This document shows positions 1-11,502 of a stretch of DNA of 64,000 bases, one piece after another. Below the pieces are notes generated by a model, which saw only the letters and a program-made list of their open reading frames with translations, ran no database searches and had not been told where the DNA came from. The DNA is from Gammaproteobacteria bacterium. Its GTDB lineage: Bacteria; Pseudomonadota; Gammaproteobacteria; SZUA-152. The translations under genes were made by a program, and so were the position numbers. The first letter of the stretch is position 1. Every line of letters starts with the position of its first letter. The DNA is taken from positions 54-64,053 of the forward strand of contig DROS01000026.1 of NCBI GenBank assembly GCA_011321815.1, in the 5' to 3' direction.

Positions 1-1839
1 AGCCTGTACGACGCCGCGAATATCAAACTCATGCACCACGCCAACGCTGCCTTGCGTGCGCACACGCTGTACCAGCGCAATGTGGATTATATTGTCAAAG
101 ACAACGAAGTGATCATCGTTGATGAATTCACCGGTCGCACCATGCCGGGGCGCCGCTGGTCTGATGGCTTGCATCAGGCGGTGGAAGCCAAAGAAGGCGT
201 GAAGGTGCAAAATGAAAACCAGACCCTGGCTTCAATCACCTTCCAGAATTTTTTCCGCCTGTACGACAAACTGGCAGGTATGACCGGTACTGCGGATACT
301 GAGGCCTTTGAGTTTCAGCAGATTTATGGTTTGGAGGTGGTGGTTATTCCCACCTCTAAAAAAGTTGCGCGAAAAGATCATGCTGATTTGGTGTTTCTGA
401 CACCGGAAGAAAAATTTGCCGCTATTGTTGAAGATGTCAAAGACTGCCGTGAGCGTCAGCAACCGGTGCTGGTAGGTACAGCGTCCATTGAAACCTCCGA
501 GTATCTTTCCAGTTTACTGGACAAGCAAAATATCAAACACAATGTGTTGAATGCCAAGTTCCACCAGAAAGAAGCACAGATTATTGCCCAGGCCGGCGCA
601 CCAGGTAGCATTACCATTGCTACCAACATGGCAGGTCGTGGTACCGATATTGTGTTGGGCGGCAACCTTGAAGCCGAACTGGCTGAAGCAGGAGATATCG
701 GCGAAGACAAGCGTCAACAAATAACCGCCGACTGGCAGAAACGCCATGATACGGTGCTGGCCGCAGGGGGGTTGCATGTGGTGGGTACTGAACGTCATGA
801 GTCGCGGCGTGTGGACAATCAGTTGCGAGGCCGCTCCGGTCGCCAGGGTGATCCTGGTTCCAGCCGTTTTTATCTGTCCCTGCAAGACAACCTGATGCGT
901 ATTTTTGCCTCGGATCGTGTTGCTGGGTTGATGCAAAAGCTGGGGATGGAGAAAGGTGAGGCTATAGAACATCCATGGGTTAACAAGGCCATCGAAAATG
1001 CCCAGCGTAAAGTAGAGGGTCATAACTTCGATATTCGTAAGAATCTGCTGGAATATGATGATGTTGCCAATGATCAGCGTAAAGTGATTTACAGCCAGCG
1101 TGCAGAATTGATGGAAACAGACGATGTATCCGAGTCGATTGCCGCAATGCGCGAAACTGTTATTAATGAAGTGATCAGCACCTATATCCCGCCGGAAAGC
1201 CTGGAGGAGATGTGGGATGTTGCCGGTCTGGAAAAGGTAATGGCGGGTGAATTTATGCTTTCTTTACCGATTCAGCAGTGGCTGGATGAAGACGATGATC
1301 TGCATGAAGAGACGCTGCGTAAACGTATTCTGGAAGCCGTGGAACAAAGTTATTTTGAAAAAGAAGCGATGGTTGGCAAAAGCGTGCTGCGTCATTTTGA
1401 AAAGGCAGTGATGCTCAAGGTATTGGATGAGCAGTGGAAAGACCATCTGGGTATGATGGATCATCTGCGCCAGGGTATCCATTTGCGCGGTTATGCACAG
1501 AAAAATCCCAAGCAGGAATACAAGCGTGAAGCCTTTGAGTTGTTTTCGCAAATGCTGGAACGGGTCAAGCAGGAAGTGGTGGAACTGTTGTCGAAAGTAC
1601 AGATTCAGGCCGAAGAGGATGTGGCCGCCATTGATGAGCAGCGCCGTAGTACGGCACCGGTTTCTTATCGCCATGAAGCAATAGCATCACCAACGGCGGG
1701 CGAAGCACCGGCTGAGGCGAAAGTTGCCGCAGAAACCGAGAAACCCTTTGTGCGCGAAGGCCGTAAGGTGGGGCGCAATGAGTCTTGCCCTTGTGGTTCC
1801 GGTAAAAAATACAAACAGTGCCATGGCCGGTTGGCATAA
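1..1839 (+). CDS. secA: Preprotein translocase ATPase SecA (5' part outside window)
   Basis: [24 protein letters not shown] and [13 protein letters not shown] motifs; C-terminal SEC-C zinc motif [13 protein letters not shown]. Confidence 0.99.
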   Translation, partial: SLYDAANIKLMHHANAALRAHTLYQRNVDYIVKDNEVIIVDEFTGRTMPGRRWSDGLHQAVEAKEGVKVQNENQTLASITFQNFFRLYDKLAGMTGTADTEAFEFQQIYGLEVVVIPTSKKVARKDHADLVFLTPEEKFAAIVEDVKDCRERQQPVLVGTASIETSEYLSSLLDKQNIKHNVLNAKFHQKEAQIIAQAGAPGSITIATNMAGRGTDIVLGGNLEAELAEAGDIGEDKRQQITADWQKRHDTVLAAGGLHVVGTERHESRRVDNQLRGRSGRQGDPGSSRFYLSLQDNLMRIFASDRVAGLMQKLGMEKGEAIEHPWVNKAIENAQRKVEGHNFDIRKNLLEYDDVANDQRKVIYSQRAELMETDDVSESIAAMRETVINEVISTYIPPESLEEMWDVAGLEKVMAGEFMLSLPIQQWLDEDDDLHEETLRKRILEAVEQSYFEKEAMVGKSVLRHFEKAVMLKVLDEQWKDHLGMMDHLRQGIHLRGYAQKNPKQEYKREAFELFSQMLERVKQEVVELLSKVQIQAEEDVAAIDEQRRSTAPVSYRHEAIASPTAGEAPAEAKVAAETEKPFVREGRKVGRNESCPCGSGKKYKQCHGRLA

Positions 1840-1889
1840 GGGCAATTGTAGTGGTGCTGACAAACGGTGAGTTATAGACGCAGAACTGG

Positions 1890-1920
1890 GTAGGGTGGAA
1901 CCGCTGCGCTTGTTCCACCC
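1890..1920 (+). repeat. GTAG-type REP-like palindrome
   Basis: GTAG followed by hairpin GGGTGGAAC...GTTCCACCC just after the secA stop. Confidence 0.5.
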
Positions 1921-2183
1921 GGGTTTACGCTGTGTTGAATAGAGCGGAACAAAAAACCTGAAAACACCGTCATTCCGTATGTTTTTAGCCAGAATCCAGG
2001 GGTTTGAATACCCGAGCAAGCATTTCAGTACAGTGGGAAGTTATGTAGCAGTGGTGTTAACGAGTGACGTGTTGTAAACGCAGAGGTCGCAGAGACGCAA
2101 AGGACGCAGAGAAAAACATTAAAAACTTGACGTCCTCTGTGTGAAATACCCGGTGATTCTTTAAAAACAGGTATTTTTAGCGC

Positions 2184-2213
2184 TTGATTCACATCAAAAC
2201 GGGGTTATAACGA
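2184..2213 (+). promoter_or_regulatory. FNR/Anr box overlapping the -35 of a probable argJ sigma70 promoter
   Basis: TTGAT-TCAC-ATCAA (2184-2197) is a perfect FNR consensus; TATAAC at 2208-2213. Confidence 0.55.
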
Positions 2214-2282
2214 AAGCCTCCCGTAGATGATTGTCAGCTTTTTATCTTTCTTCTGCTCTTTCTCTCTTGTATCTTGCCCGCT

Positions 2283-3500
2283 ATGACGTCAAACATTCAT
2301 ACGCTTCCTGTTTTACATTCCGTCGCAGGCCTGCGCCTGGGCACGACTTGTGCCAGCATCAAACAACCAGATCGCCGTGATTTAGTGGTGATGGAGTTGT
2401 GCGACGACGCTACCGTGGCTGCGGTATTCACACGCAATGCTTTTTGTGCCGCGCCAGTGATTGTGGCCCGTGAGCATCGGGCGCAAACGTCCTCCCAATA
2501 TTTGTTGATCAATACGGGTAATGCTAACGCAGGCACGGGCGAGCAGGGCGTGAAAGATGCCTTGGCTTGTTGTGATGCTGTGGCGCAAGCTACAGGTTGC
2601 GCGCGTGAAGCGGTATTGCCTTTTTCTACGGGGGTTATTAGCGAACCTCTGCAAGTCACCGCCATTTGTGATGCGGTGCCCGCTGCGTTGGCGGCGCTGG
2701 ATGAAAACGGCTGGAGTGATGCTGCTCACGGTATTCTTACCACGGACACTGTGCCCAAGGGGGTTTCCCGGCAACTGGAAATAGAGGGGCATAAGGTCAC
2801 TGTCACCGGTATTGCCAAGGGCTCGGGCATGATTCGACCCGACATGGCGACGATGCTTGCCTATGTTGCTACGGATGCCAACGTGCCGCAAAATGTATTG
2901 CAGGTTTGTCTGGCCCGCGCGGTGAATCGATCCTTTAATCGTATTACTGTGGATGGCGATACGTCCACTAACGATGCCTGCCTGCTGATGGCAACCGGAC
3001 AGTCGGCGGCAATTGTCGATCAGGCTGAAGGTGATGTTTTTGAGGCGCTGTGTGCAGCGGTGGCTGATGTTTGTGAGCAACTGGCGCTGGCCATTGTGCG
3101 TGATGGTGAAGGCGCCACCAAACTTATTACTGTAGCGGTGGATGGTGGTCGTGATGAGGCCGAGTGTCTACAGGTGGCTTATACCATTGCTCATTCGCCG
3201 TTGGTGAAGACAGCCTTTTTTGCCAGTGACCCGAATTGGGGGCGTATTCTTGCTGCCGTGGGTCGTGCCGGGTTGGTGAATCTGGACATCAGTGCTATTG
3301 AATTGTATCTGGGTGATGTGTGTCTGGCACGCAATGGGGGGCGTGATCCTGATTACCATGAAGAGCTGGGTCAACGGGTTATGGATCAAGCTGAAATTAC
3401 TGTGCGCGTGGCGCTGAATCGTGGTGACGCCATGGCTCAGGTATGGACTTGTGATTTGTCTTATGACTATGTGCGCATTAATGCTGAATATCGGAGTTGA
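2283..3500 (+). CDS. argJ: Bifunctional ornithine acetyltransferase / N-acetylglutamate synthase
   Basis: [24 protein letters not shown] autoproteolysis site, [16 protein letters not shown]. Confidence 0.97.
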   Translation: MTSNIHTLPVLHSVAGLRLGTTCASIKQPDRRDLVVMELCDDATVAAVFTRNAFCAAPVIVAREHRAQTSSQYLLINTGNANAGTGEQGVKDALACCDAVAQATGCAREAVLPFSTGVISEPLQVTAICDAVPAALAALDENGWSDAAHGILTTDTVPKGVSRQLEIEGHKVTVTGIAKGSGMIRPDMATMLAYVATDANVPQNVLQVCLARAVNRSFNRITVDGDTSTNDACLLMATGQSAAIVDQAEGDVFEALCAAVADVCEQLALAIVRDGEGATKLITVAVDGGRDEAECLQVAYTIAHSPLVKTAFFASDPNWGRILAAVGRAGLVNLDISAIELYLGDVCLARNGGRDPDYHEELGQRVMDQAEITVRVALNRGDAMAQVWTCDLSYDYVRINAEYRS

Positions 3501-3518
3501 AAACAAGGAAGAAGAGTG

Positions 3519-4466
3519 ATGGCTACGGAAGTGGTGCAGGTTGTTGCGGCGGCGGTGTTTGATGGTAAGGGCCGGGTAGCCATCACCCGTCGCGCCGATG
3601 ATGTTCATCAAGGCGGCCTGTGGGAGTTTCCCGGCGGTAAAGTGGAAGCGGGTGAAACAGTACGTGATGCTTTGGCTCGGGAGTTGCGCGAAGAGCTTGG
3701 TATCAATGTGCAACAGGCGCGTCCGCTGATTCGGGTGTCTTACGATTACCCTGATAAATCTGTGTTGCTGGATGTGTGGCGGGTGAATGGCTTCGATGGC
3801 GAAGCGCACGGTCGTGAGGGCCAACCGTTGAGCTGGGTGCGGCCACAGGTTTTATCTGACTATGATTTTCCAGCGGCCAATACCCCCATTGTTACGGCAG
3901 TGCAATTGCCGGATTGTTATCTTATTACTCCGGCTCCTGGCGATGATCTCTCGGCCTTTCTCGCTCAATTGGAAACCCGTCTGCGTGATGGTATCCGATT
4001 GGTGCAGTTGCGCGCCAAAACACTTTCTGAGGACGATTATTTGGTATTGGCCAGGCAGTGCCAGCATCTGTGTGAGCGGCATAATGCGGCTCTGATGTTA
4101 AATGCTGATCCGGCGTTGGTGATCGAGGTGGGTGCGACGGGTGTTCATCTTGACAGTGGACGATTGGAGTCTTTGTCTGAGCGACCGGGTGTTAAGTGGG
4201 TGTCAGCATCCTGCCATTCGGCGGAGCAGCTGCGGCAAGCGGAAAAACTGGGGGCGGATTTTGTGATGTTGTCCCCGGTGATGGCTACAGCGAGTCATCC
4301 CGGCATTGTACCGTTGGGCTGGGCGCAATTTCAGGTGCTGGCAGATTTGGCAAATTGTCCTGTTTATGCGCTGGGCGGGATGACACCCGCTGACTTGCAA
4401 CAGGCATTTATCCATGGCGCACAGGGAGTGGCGGCAATCCGGGCGTTGTGGGGACGTGAGTGCTGA
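3519..4466 (+). CDS. mutT: 8-oxo-dGTP diphosphatase MutT fused to a thiamine-phosphate-synthase-like domain
   Basis: Nudix box WEFPGGKVEAGETVRDALARELREELG; C-terminal VQLRAK, SCHS, ALGG; conserved position after secA-argJ. Confidence 0.92.
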   Translation: MATEVVQVVAAAVFDGKGRVAITRRADDVHQGGLWEFPGGKVEAGETVRDALARELREELGINVQQARPLIRVSYDYPDKSVLLDVWRVNGFDGEAHGREGQPLSWVRPQVLSDYDFPAANTPIVTAVQLPDCYLITPAPGDDLSAFLAQLETRLRDGIRLVQLRAKTLSEDDYLVLARQCQHLCERHNAALMLNADPALVIEVGATGVHLDSGRLESLSERPGVKWVSASCHSAEQLRQAEKLGADFVMLSPVMATASHPGIVPLGWAQFQVLADLANCPVYALGGMTPADLQQAFIHGAQGVAAIRALWGREC

Positions 4467-4493
4467 CTATGAGGTGGACGAAGCACGCGGTTT

Positions 4494-4706
4494 CTAATGG
4501 TGCTTTCCTTCTTGCTCTGTTAAGTGTTCGGTAAAATCTTGTGTTGTGCTGCCAGGGATGCGATGGCTTTCGTCAGCCCAGGCTCCCAGGTCAATCAGTT
4601 TGCAGCGTTCGCTGCAAAAAGGGCGATGGAGGTTTTCCTGTTTCCATTCAACGGGTTTTTCACAGGTGGGGCATTTTACTGTTTTTGATTTCATGTTCTT
4701 GCTCAT
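4494..4706 (-). CDS. yacG: DNA gyrase inhibitor YacG
   Basis: CPTC...[17 protein letters not shown]; follows zapD. Confidence 0.95.
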   Translation of the reverse strand: MSKNMKSKTVKCPTCEKPVEWKQENLHRPFCSERCKLIDLGAWADESHRIPGSTTQDFTEHLTEQEGKHH

Positions 4707-4727
4707 TCAACGAAGGCGTCGTGTGTT

Positions 4728-5504
4728 TTATAGCGCACAGCAACTGATATGAAATTCCACGTCAGCATCGGTCTGAGTGGGGCGCACGGTGTCGCTGGCA
4801 CTCAGAAAGCGTGCGGTGAGGCGGTGTTTGCCGGCGCTGATTTCCACAAAGAGTGGTGAGTCGGCGGGTAACCAGACGCGGATCAATTGGTAAGGGGTGC
4901 CGGTGTCCAGGTTTTGCTGGTAGTTTCCGCCAGTGGCTATTTGCGGTATGGCATCGGCGCTTTCGCGGATCAGTTTTAACATCAGTTCCACCGACAGGCG
5001 CAAAGTGTCCAGCGTGCTCAGCCAGTAACGTAGTTTTTCGGTACGTACGTCAGCTGGCTGCTTTAGCCAGTGACGGTACGGTGGCAGATCAAAATCACAC
5101 AGACCACCGGGGATGCCGCTGCGCTGGGTTACCAGTTTGAACAGTTCATTTTCACGCAGTGCCTGCGCCAGTTGGCCGCTCATGCCGTGCAATTGGGTTT
5201 TGAATCCACCGAGAGTGGTGAGCAGCTGGCTGAGGGTGTCGGTATTGACGCCGGGGGTTTGTGTGAGCGCGGTGAGAGTGGTGTTGATGCGTTCCAGTTC
5301 TTTGATGACCTCGGTTTTCATGTCGATGCGGCTGACGATGCTAAGGATTTCCAGCAACGCGGTGAGGCTGTTGTGGCTGTCCCATACAGTGTTGCTGCGC
5401 AGGCTGTGGCGGGCAAGGCGAAACAGGAACTCCAGGCGCAGGAAAAAACGCAGGCGCTCATTGAGCGGGTGTTCGTAGATGATGGCGGTGGTCAAATTTG
5501 GCAT
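4728..5504 (-). CDS. zapD: Cell division protein ZapD
   Basis: YEHPLNERLRFFLRLE N-terminus, EISAGKHR; coaE-zapD-yacG synteny. Confidence 0.95.
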   Translation of the reverse strand: MPNLTTAIIYEHPLNERLRFFLRLEFLFRLARHSLRSNTVWDSHNSLTALLEILSIVSRIDMKTEVIKELERINTTLTALTQTPGVNTDTLSQLLTTLGGFKTQLHGMSGQLAQALRENELFKLVTQRSGIPGGLCDFDLPPYRHWLKQPADVRTEKLRYWLSTLDTLRLSVELMLKLIRESADAIPQIATGGNYQQNLDTGTPYQLIRVWLPADSPLFVEISAGKHRLTARFLSASDTVRPTQTDADVEFHISCCAL

Positions 5505-5560
5505 GCTGGTTTTGCAGGCTCGGGTTTGTCGGTGGTTAATTGGCCGCCATTCTCCCTGAG

Positions 5561-6175
5561 TTAGCGAGGGTGGGCAAGTTGTTGGTACTGTTGATGCAGG
5601 GCGGCTACCTGAGCTTGCAGGGCCGGGAGGTCGGTATCGTTATGAATGACGTCATCGGCAGCGGCAAGTCGAGTTTCCCGGTCGATTTGGCTGCGGATTA
5701 CAGCATTGATGTGCGCGTTGTCGAGTCCGTCGCGTTGACTGGCACGCTGCTGCTGTTGTGCCGGGGAGGTGTCGATTACCAACACGCGGTCGACCAGATT
5801 GGTCCAGCCACTTTCAATGAGCAGCGGCACGCTGAGAATCACATAGGCCGGTGGGTGGGTGCTTTCGCGTAGTGCAGTGAGTTGTTGTAACGCAGCTTCG
5901 CGGGTGCGTGGGTGCAGGATGGCTTCGAGCACTTGGCGTTGCCTGGGGTGGGTGAAGATACGCTCGCGCAACCGGGGGCGGTTAAGTTCGCCATCTGCGG
6001 TCAGTAAATCGGTTCCCAGTTGTCCCGCGATTTCGTTTAAAGCGGGTTGCCCAGGGGCAACCAGTTCCCGCGTGAGCTGATCGGCATCAATTATCGGGAC
6101 GCCAAGCTTTTCAAAATATTTGCTGACAGTTGTCTTGCCGCTGCCGATGCCGCCGGTGAGTCCAATAATGAGCAT
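5561..6175 (-). CDS. coaE: Dephospho-CoA kinase
   Basis: MLIIGLTGGIGSGKT P-loop; start moved to ATG at 6175. Confidence 0.96.
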   Translation of the reverse strand: MLIIGLTGGIGSGKTTVSKYFEKLGVPIIDADQLTRELVAPGQPALNEIAGQLGTDLLTADGELNRPRLRERIFTHPRQRQVLEAILHPRTREAALQQLTALRESTHPPAYVILSVPLLIESGWTNLVDRVLVIDTSPAQQQQRASQRDGLDNAHINAVIRSQIDRETRLAAADDVIHNDTDLPALQAQVAALHQQYQQLAHPR

Positions 6176-6245
6176 GAGGGGAAGATACCTGAGCGGGAAG
6201 GAAACGCCAAGTTGTATGTAAACAGTTGTGCTTTGCCTGCCTCGG

Positions 6246-7127
6246 TTATTGCAAACCTGAGAAACGCAGGTAGGCATCGCTGATATCGTGCCCCCATAAC
6301 AGGGCGATCCAGCCTGCGGCAGCCAAATAAGGACCAAAGGGGATGGGAATGTTTCGGCTCCGGCCGCGTGCCAGAATGAGTGTAATACCCACCACAGCTC
6401 CCACGGCAGATGATAGAAGAATAATCACCGGCAACATTTGCCAACCCATCCAGGCACCAAGCAGGGCCAGTAGCTTGAAATCACCATACCCCATACCTTC
6501 TTTGCCCGTGATGAGTTTGAAGGCCCAATAAACAGTCCACAGGCTGAGGTAACCGGCGATAGCGCCAATAATGGCAGTGGGGCTGTCAATGAAAACCGGC
6601 CACAGGCTCAGTGCCAGACCTAACCATAAAAAGGGTAATGTAATGCTGTCGGGCAGTAGCTGGTGGTCGAAGTCGATCATGGTTAGTGCGATGAGCGCCC
6701 AGGTGAAAAACAGTGCGGCAAGTGCGGGCCAGCTGAAGCCAAAATGCCAGGCAACTGCCACGGAAAGCAGTGCAGTGGCCGTTTCGATGATGGGATAACG
6801 GGCGGAAATTTTTGCACCACAGTCGGAGCAGCGGCCGCGTAACCAGAGATAGCTGAGCACAGGAATGTTTTCCAGTGCAGTGATGGCATGCCCGCAATGG
6901 GGGCAGCGGGAGCGAGGAGTGGAAAGGCTGAGTTTTTCCTCTGTGTTTACAGTATTGTCAGCGCCGCCTTTGATCATTTCTGCGCAATGCGTCCGCCACT
7001 GGTGTTCCATCATCAGCGGCAGGCGATAAATCACCACGTTGAGGAAACTGCCGACTGTCAGCCCCAGTAGCCCGACGACAGAAAAGTAGAATGCCGGACT
7101 GGTGCTTAATAGCTCAATGATGGCCAA
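6246..7127 (-). CDS. pilD: Prepilin peptidase / N-methyltransferase
   Basis: GSFLNVVIYRLP, two CxxC pairs, GMGYGDFKL, PFGPYLA. Confidence 0.97.
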   Translation of the reverse strand: MAIIELLSTSPAFYFSVVGLLGLTVGSFLNVVIYRLPLMMEHQWRTHCAEMIKGGADNTVNTEEKLSLSTPRSRCPHCGHAITALENIPVLSYLWLRGRCSDCGAKISARYPIIETATALLSVAVAWHFGFSWPALAALFFTWALIALTMIDFDHQLLPDSITLPFLWLGLALSLWPVFIDSPTAIIGAIAGYLSLWTVYWAFKLITGKEGMGYGDFKLLALLGAWMGWQMLPVIILLSSAVGAVVGITLILARGRSRNIPIPFGPYLAAAGWIALLWGHDISDAYLRFSGLQ

Positions 7128-7177
7128 AACAATGACTTGGTAGTCGTGATCTGTAAATGTTGCTGGTTTTTCCTTAC

Positions 7178-8395
7178 CTAAACCACCGCGCCCATTTTGA
7201 ATATCGGCAGGTACATGGCGATAACCAAGCCGCCAATAAGCACACCAAGCACGGCCATGATCAGTGGTTCCAGCAGGCTGCTGAGGCCATCCACCATGTT
7301 ATCCACTTCTTCCTCATAGAAGTCGGCGACCTTGGCCAGCATGGAGTCCACAGAACCGGTTTCTTCACCGATGGCCAGCATTTGCACCACCATATTGGGG
7401 AAAAGACCGGTTTCCTTCATGCAGACATTAATCATTTGACCCGTGGCCACTTCATCTTTCATGCCCAGGATGGCATTGGTATAAACATAGTTGCCTGAGG
7501 CATTGGCCACGGTTTCCATGGCTTCCACCAGAGGCATGCCAGCCGCGAACATGGTCGACAGGGTGCGTGCAAAACGAGCGATGGTGGCTTTGGTGATGAT
7601 GTCGCCGATGATGGGTAGTTTGAGGATGGCGCGGTCCACTATTTCGTTGAATTTCCTGGAGCGTTTTTTGAGTTGCACCATGCCATAGATGGCACCACCA
7701 AAGGCACCGAAGATGGCCCACCACCATTCCTGGAAAACTTTTGAAAGCTCAACCACAAATTTGGTTAGCGCGGGCAGGTCACCACCAAAGCTGGTGAACA
7801 TGGATTCAAACTGGGGGATAACAAAAATTAACAAAATGGCGGTAATGATAAACGACACCACAACAATAGCGGCAGGATAGAACAGGGCTTTTTTGATCTT
7901 TCCCTTGATGGCTTCTACTTTTTCCTTGTAGGTGGCAATTTTGTCCAGCAGGGTTTCCAAAATACCGGCTTGTTCACCGGCGTGTACCAAGTTGCAATAG
8001 AGGCCGTCGAAGTAAAGTGGGTGCTTGGCCAGCGCCTCGGCCAGTGATGAGCCACCTTCCACCGTATTTTTAACGTCCATGATGAGGTCCTGCATGCTGG
8101 GGTTTTCATGACCTTTGCCCACAATCTCGAAGGCCTGTACCAGCGGCACACCGGCGGACATCATGGTGGCCAACTGGCGGCTGAATACGGAAATGTCGCC
8201 AGCAGTGATTTTTTTCTTTTTTGCGCCAAACAGCGATTTGGGTTTTTTCTTCACTTTGAGGGGCGTAATGCCCTGGCGTCGCAGATCGGCTTTCACCAGA
8301 GCAGTCGTGGAGCCCATAAGTTCGCCTTTGGCGCGTTTTCCCTGTTTGTTCATACCCTCCCAAATATAGAGGTCAGCAGTTGCTTGTTTAGCCAT
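7178..8395 (-). CDS. pilC: Type IV pilus inner-membrane platform protein
   Basis: FSRQLATMMSAGVPL, GEQAGILE, GEETGS; two T2SSF repeats. Confidence 0.96.
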   Translation of the reverse strand: MAKQATADLYIWEGMNKQGKRAKGELMGSTTALVKADLRRQGITPLKVKKKPKSLFGAKKKKITAGDISVFSRQLATMMSAGVPLVQAFEIVGKGHENPSMQDLIMDVKNTVEGGSSLAEALAKHPLYFDGLYCNLVHAGEQAGILETLLDKIATYKEKVEAIKGKIKKALFYPAAIVVVSFIITAILLIFVIPQFESMFTSFGGDLPALTKFVVELSKVFQEWWWAIFGAFGGAIYGMVQLKKRSRKFNEIVDRAILKLPIIGDIITKATIARFARTLSTMFAAGMPLVEAMETVANASGNYVYTNAILGMKDEVATGQMINVCMKETGLFPNMVVQMLAIGEETGSVDSMLAKVADFYEEEVDNMVDGLSSLLEPLIMAVLGVLIGGLVIAMYLPIFKMGAVV

Positions 8396-8437
8396 AATTT
8401 ATTCCTGGGTTTTATTCGCATTCTACATCATAAATCA

Positions 8438-10153
8438 TTATTCTTTGGTGACGCGGTTGACATCTTCGAGGCTGGTAATGCCCTGTTTCACCTTGATCAG
8501 ACCGGATTGCCGAAGGTCGTTAATGCCTTCCTTTTGAGCCTGATCGGCCAATTGGATGGCATTGCCCCCTTCCATGATGATGCGGGCCATTGCATCGGAA
8601 ACGGGCATGACCTGATAGATGCCGACGCGCCCTTTATAACCACTATCGCATTGATCGCATCCTATTGCTTTGTAAATTTTAAGCCCTGGCAGATCTTCCT
8701 CCCTAAAGCCCTCTTCGAGCAAGGTTTCCCTGGGGATGTCAGCCGGTTTTTTACAGCTGTTACATAACCGGCGTGCCAGGCGCTGGGCGATGATCAGTGA
8801 TACCGATGAGGCGATATTAAATGGTGCGATACCCATATTGATCATGCGACTCAGGGTTTGCGGAGCATCATTGGTATGCAGGGTAGAGAGTACCAAGTGA
8901 CCCGTTTGCGCGGCTTTGATGGCAATTTCACCCGTTTCAATATCACGAATTTCACCTACCATGATAATGTCCGGGTCCTGGCGCAGAAAGGCCTTGAGGG
9001 CAGCAGAAAAGGTCAATCCCACCTTAGGTTCGACGTTGACCTGGTTAATACCCGCCAGGTTGATTTCCACCGGGTCTTCCGCCGTGGAGATGTTTTTATC
9101 TTCTGTATTAAGGATATTCAGCCCCGTGTACAGCGAAACTGTTTTACCGCTGCCAGTGGGGCCGGTAACCAGAATCATACCTTGGGGTTGCTGTAACGCA
9201 TCCATATAGAGCTGTTTTTGGTCCTCCTCGTAACCCAGGGCATCAATACCCAGCTGGGCGCTGGCCGGGTCGAGGATTCGCAGCACAATTTTTTCACCGA
9301 ACAGGGTGGGACAGGTGTTAACACGAAAATCGATAGCCCGGTTTTTGGACAGCTTCATTTTCATGCGCCCATCCTGGGGTACCCGGCGTTCAGAGATGTC
9401 CAGTCGTGATAACACTTTTAAACGTGCGGAAATGCGACGATTGAGAGCCACTGGGGGCGCAGCGATTTCCTTGAGTACGCCATCCCGGCGGTAGCGCACC
9501 CGATAGGTTTTTTCGTAAGGCTCAAAGTGCACATCTGAGGCACCGCTATTAATCGCGTCCAGCAAAATTTTGTTCACAAAGCGTACCACGGGGGCGTCAT
9601 CAACATCTGTATCGCTGGTTGAATCATCATCAACTTCGTCGTTACCCCCGATATCCAGGTCGTCAAGGTCGCCATCCCCTGACATGTCCGCTAGTGTGGT
9701 ATCAGCACTAGCCATAGCCTTTTCGATGACGTCCTTGAGTTTGTTCTCCTCAACCAGTATGGCTTCAGTATTGGCTCCTACATGGAATTTGATTTCATCC
9801 AGTGCTGTGAGATTGGTGGGATCAGAGACGGCTACAAACAGCCGGTTGCCACGTTTATAGAGGGGCAAGGCACGATGTTTGCGTATCAGCTTTTCATCCA
9901 CCAGCTTGGTGATTTCAGCTTCCAGCTCAATGGCCTCGATATCAAACACAGGGATACCAAATTCTTCCGAGGCTGCGGTGGCAATGATTTTCCCATCCAA
10001 CAGGTTTTTTTCCACTAAATAGCTGACCAGCGGTGATTTTTTCTTGTCGCTTTCCTCTTGGGCTTTCAGTGCATCGGTTTCAGCGAGGTAGCCATCATTG
10101 ACTAATCTGCGGGCTAGGCCGTTGAGGGTCATTTGTGTGTTCAATGTTGCCAT
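8438..10153 (-). CDS. pilB: Type IV-A pilus assembly ATPase
   Basis: TGPTGSGKT, LRQDPDIIMVGEIRD, CxxC zinc motifs. Confidence 0.97.
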   Translation of the reverse strand: MATLNTQMTLNGLARRLVNDGYLAETDALKAQEESDKKKSPLVSYLVEKNLLDGKIIATAASEEFGIPVFDIEAIELEAEITKLVDEKLIRKHRALPLYKRGNRLFVAVSDPTNLTALDEIKFHVGANTEAILVEENKLKDVIEKAMASADTTLADMSGDGDLDDLDIGGNDEVDDDSTSDTDVDDAPVVRFVNKILLDAINSGASDVHFEPYEKTYRVRYRRDGVLKEIAAPPVALNRRISARLKVLSRLDISERRVPQDGRMKMKLSKNRAIDFRVNTCPTLFGEKIVLRILDPASAQLGIDALGYEEDQKQLYMDALQQPQGMILVTGPTGSGKTVSLYTGLNILNTEDKNISTAEDPVEINLAGINQVNVEPKVGLTFSAALKAFLRQDPDIIMVGEIRDIETGEIAIKAAQTGHLVLSTLHTNDAPQTLSRMINMGIAPFNIASSVSLIIAQRLARRLCNSCKKPADIPRETLLEEGFREEDLPGLKIYKAIGCDQCDSGYKGRVGIYQVMPVSDAMARIIMEGGNAIQLADQAQKEGINDLRQSGLIKVKQGITSLEDVNRVTKE

Positions 10154-10734
10154 ACCAGGGAAGTTTATATGTCGATTTTAGTTTTAGTATCGTAGTCTAG
10201 GAACGCGCCAAATTTTGTGCTGGGGTATTGCTCACAGTAGTCCAGCGCAATTATTATCCTTTACCATACGCGGTTGTTCTATGATCATGTTTTCAGGCAT
10301 AAATGTGAACTAAAAGTCATCAATACCAAGGTATTTAAAATCAATTATGTATGAATTCCTTTCCCTATATAATATATGTTTTTCGATAGAGTTCTTGGCA
10401 AGTGCCTGATTTGGTTTGGTTGTTGGTTCATATTGCAAAGGGTGGGTGGCTGATCACGGTTATTTTAACAATTGATAATAGATACTGAAAATGGCTTTCT
10501 TTTCTTTACAGTCAAACGTCAAAATAATTACGCTCATCTATACTTAATTTAGTCATTCTACGGGTTTTTAAAGAAAAATATTCTGTTGAATGCAGCGGCA
10601 ATACACAAAAATTATTTATGTCCTGTGAAATTAGCGTACAACATGGGGTTCATCTTTAGGAAAAATTAGTGATTTATAAATGAAGGAGGTATGTAAAGAC
10701 TGTTTGCAAGCAAGAATTAGAGTTTGTGATATGT

Positions 10735-10772
10735 AAAAAATGACGAGCCCCTCCTTGGGGGAGGGGCTCGTC
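10735..10772 (-). terminator. Intrinsic terminator of pilA
   Basis: 13-bp stem GACGAGCCCCTCC/GGAGGGGCTCGTC with a minus-strand U tract. Confidence 0.8.
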
Positions 10773-10800
10773 GCTGACTCTCCAGCAATTGCACCAGTGG

Positions 10801-11313
10801 CTAAGGGCGGCAGGCAGCGGAGAGATGTTGAGGCTGAACGGTAGTGGCACCCACAGCCGCGATGACGCCGCCCCCAGAAGTACCCATGAGGGCCGTGCCT
10901 GCGGGGGGAGTGGAAAGACCGCACTGCCAAGTGATGCTTAAATCGGGAGACTCATAGGGCGTTAAGGCCAAGGTCTGTCCATTGAGTACTGCGTTAGCGT
11001 CATTGCCATAGGTGATGGTTATTGTGCCGTTAACGACATCAACTTGGCTGACATATTTGCCGCTGGTATCTGTGGGATTGGCGGTCATACCGGCGAGTAC
11101 CCGGGTGGCGGGAGCCTCACCAGAATCATTGAAACTTTCAGTGACAGATGCTTTTGCGGCGGCAGCCAAGCTCAAACCTTCGCTCACTTGGGCGCGGATA
11201 GTGTAATCCTGGTAGGCCGGAATTGCGATAGCGGCTAAAATGCCGATGATGGCGACCACAATCATCAGTTCGATGAGCGTAAAACCTTTTTGTGCTGTTC
11301 TTATGTGCTGCAT
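10801..11313 (-). CDS. pilA: Type IVa major pilin
   Basis: QKG|[27 protein letters not shown]; C-terminal Cys pair; GGAGGA RBS before ATG 11313. Confidence 0.97.
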   Translation of the reverse strand: MQHIRTAQKGFTLIELMIVVAIIGILAAIAIPAYQDYTIRAQVSEGLSLAAAAKASVTESFNDSGEAPATRVLAGMTANPTDTSGKYVSQVDVVNGTITITYGNDANAVLNGQTLALTPYESPDLSITWQCGLSTPPAGTALMGTSGGGVIAAVGATTVQPQHLSAACRP

Positions 11314-11502
11314 GGATAAATCCTCCACAGTGTTGCTGTTTATTAAATAAAATGGCTATTGCGCACTTCCCGGTTCTGACCGTTTTTTGTTCGAACCCGT
11401 GATGCCGTTCGGTGACGTCTTCACTTTTTTGTTCAATTCCACAGAAGTTTTAGTTTTGCGGTGACTGATCAAAACGAGGAAATCCGCACTCGTTTATGTA
11501 TA

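Noticed and set aside
3519-4466. Nudix + thiamine-phosphate-synthase fusion as a novelty
   Set aside because: This fusion is common at the secA-argJ locus in Proteobacteria
10154-10734. Pilin accessory or glycosylation gene in the AT-rich pilA-pilB gap
   Set aside because: No credible ORF; more likely promoter DNA or a scar of pilin exchange
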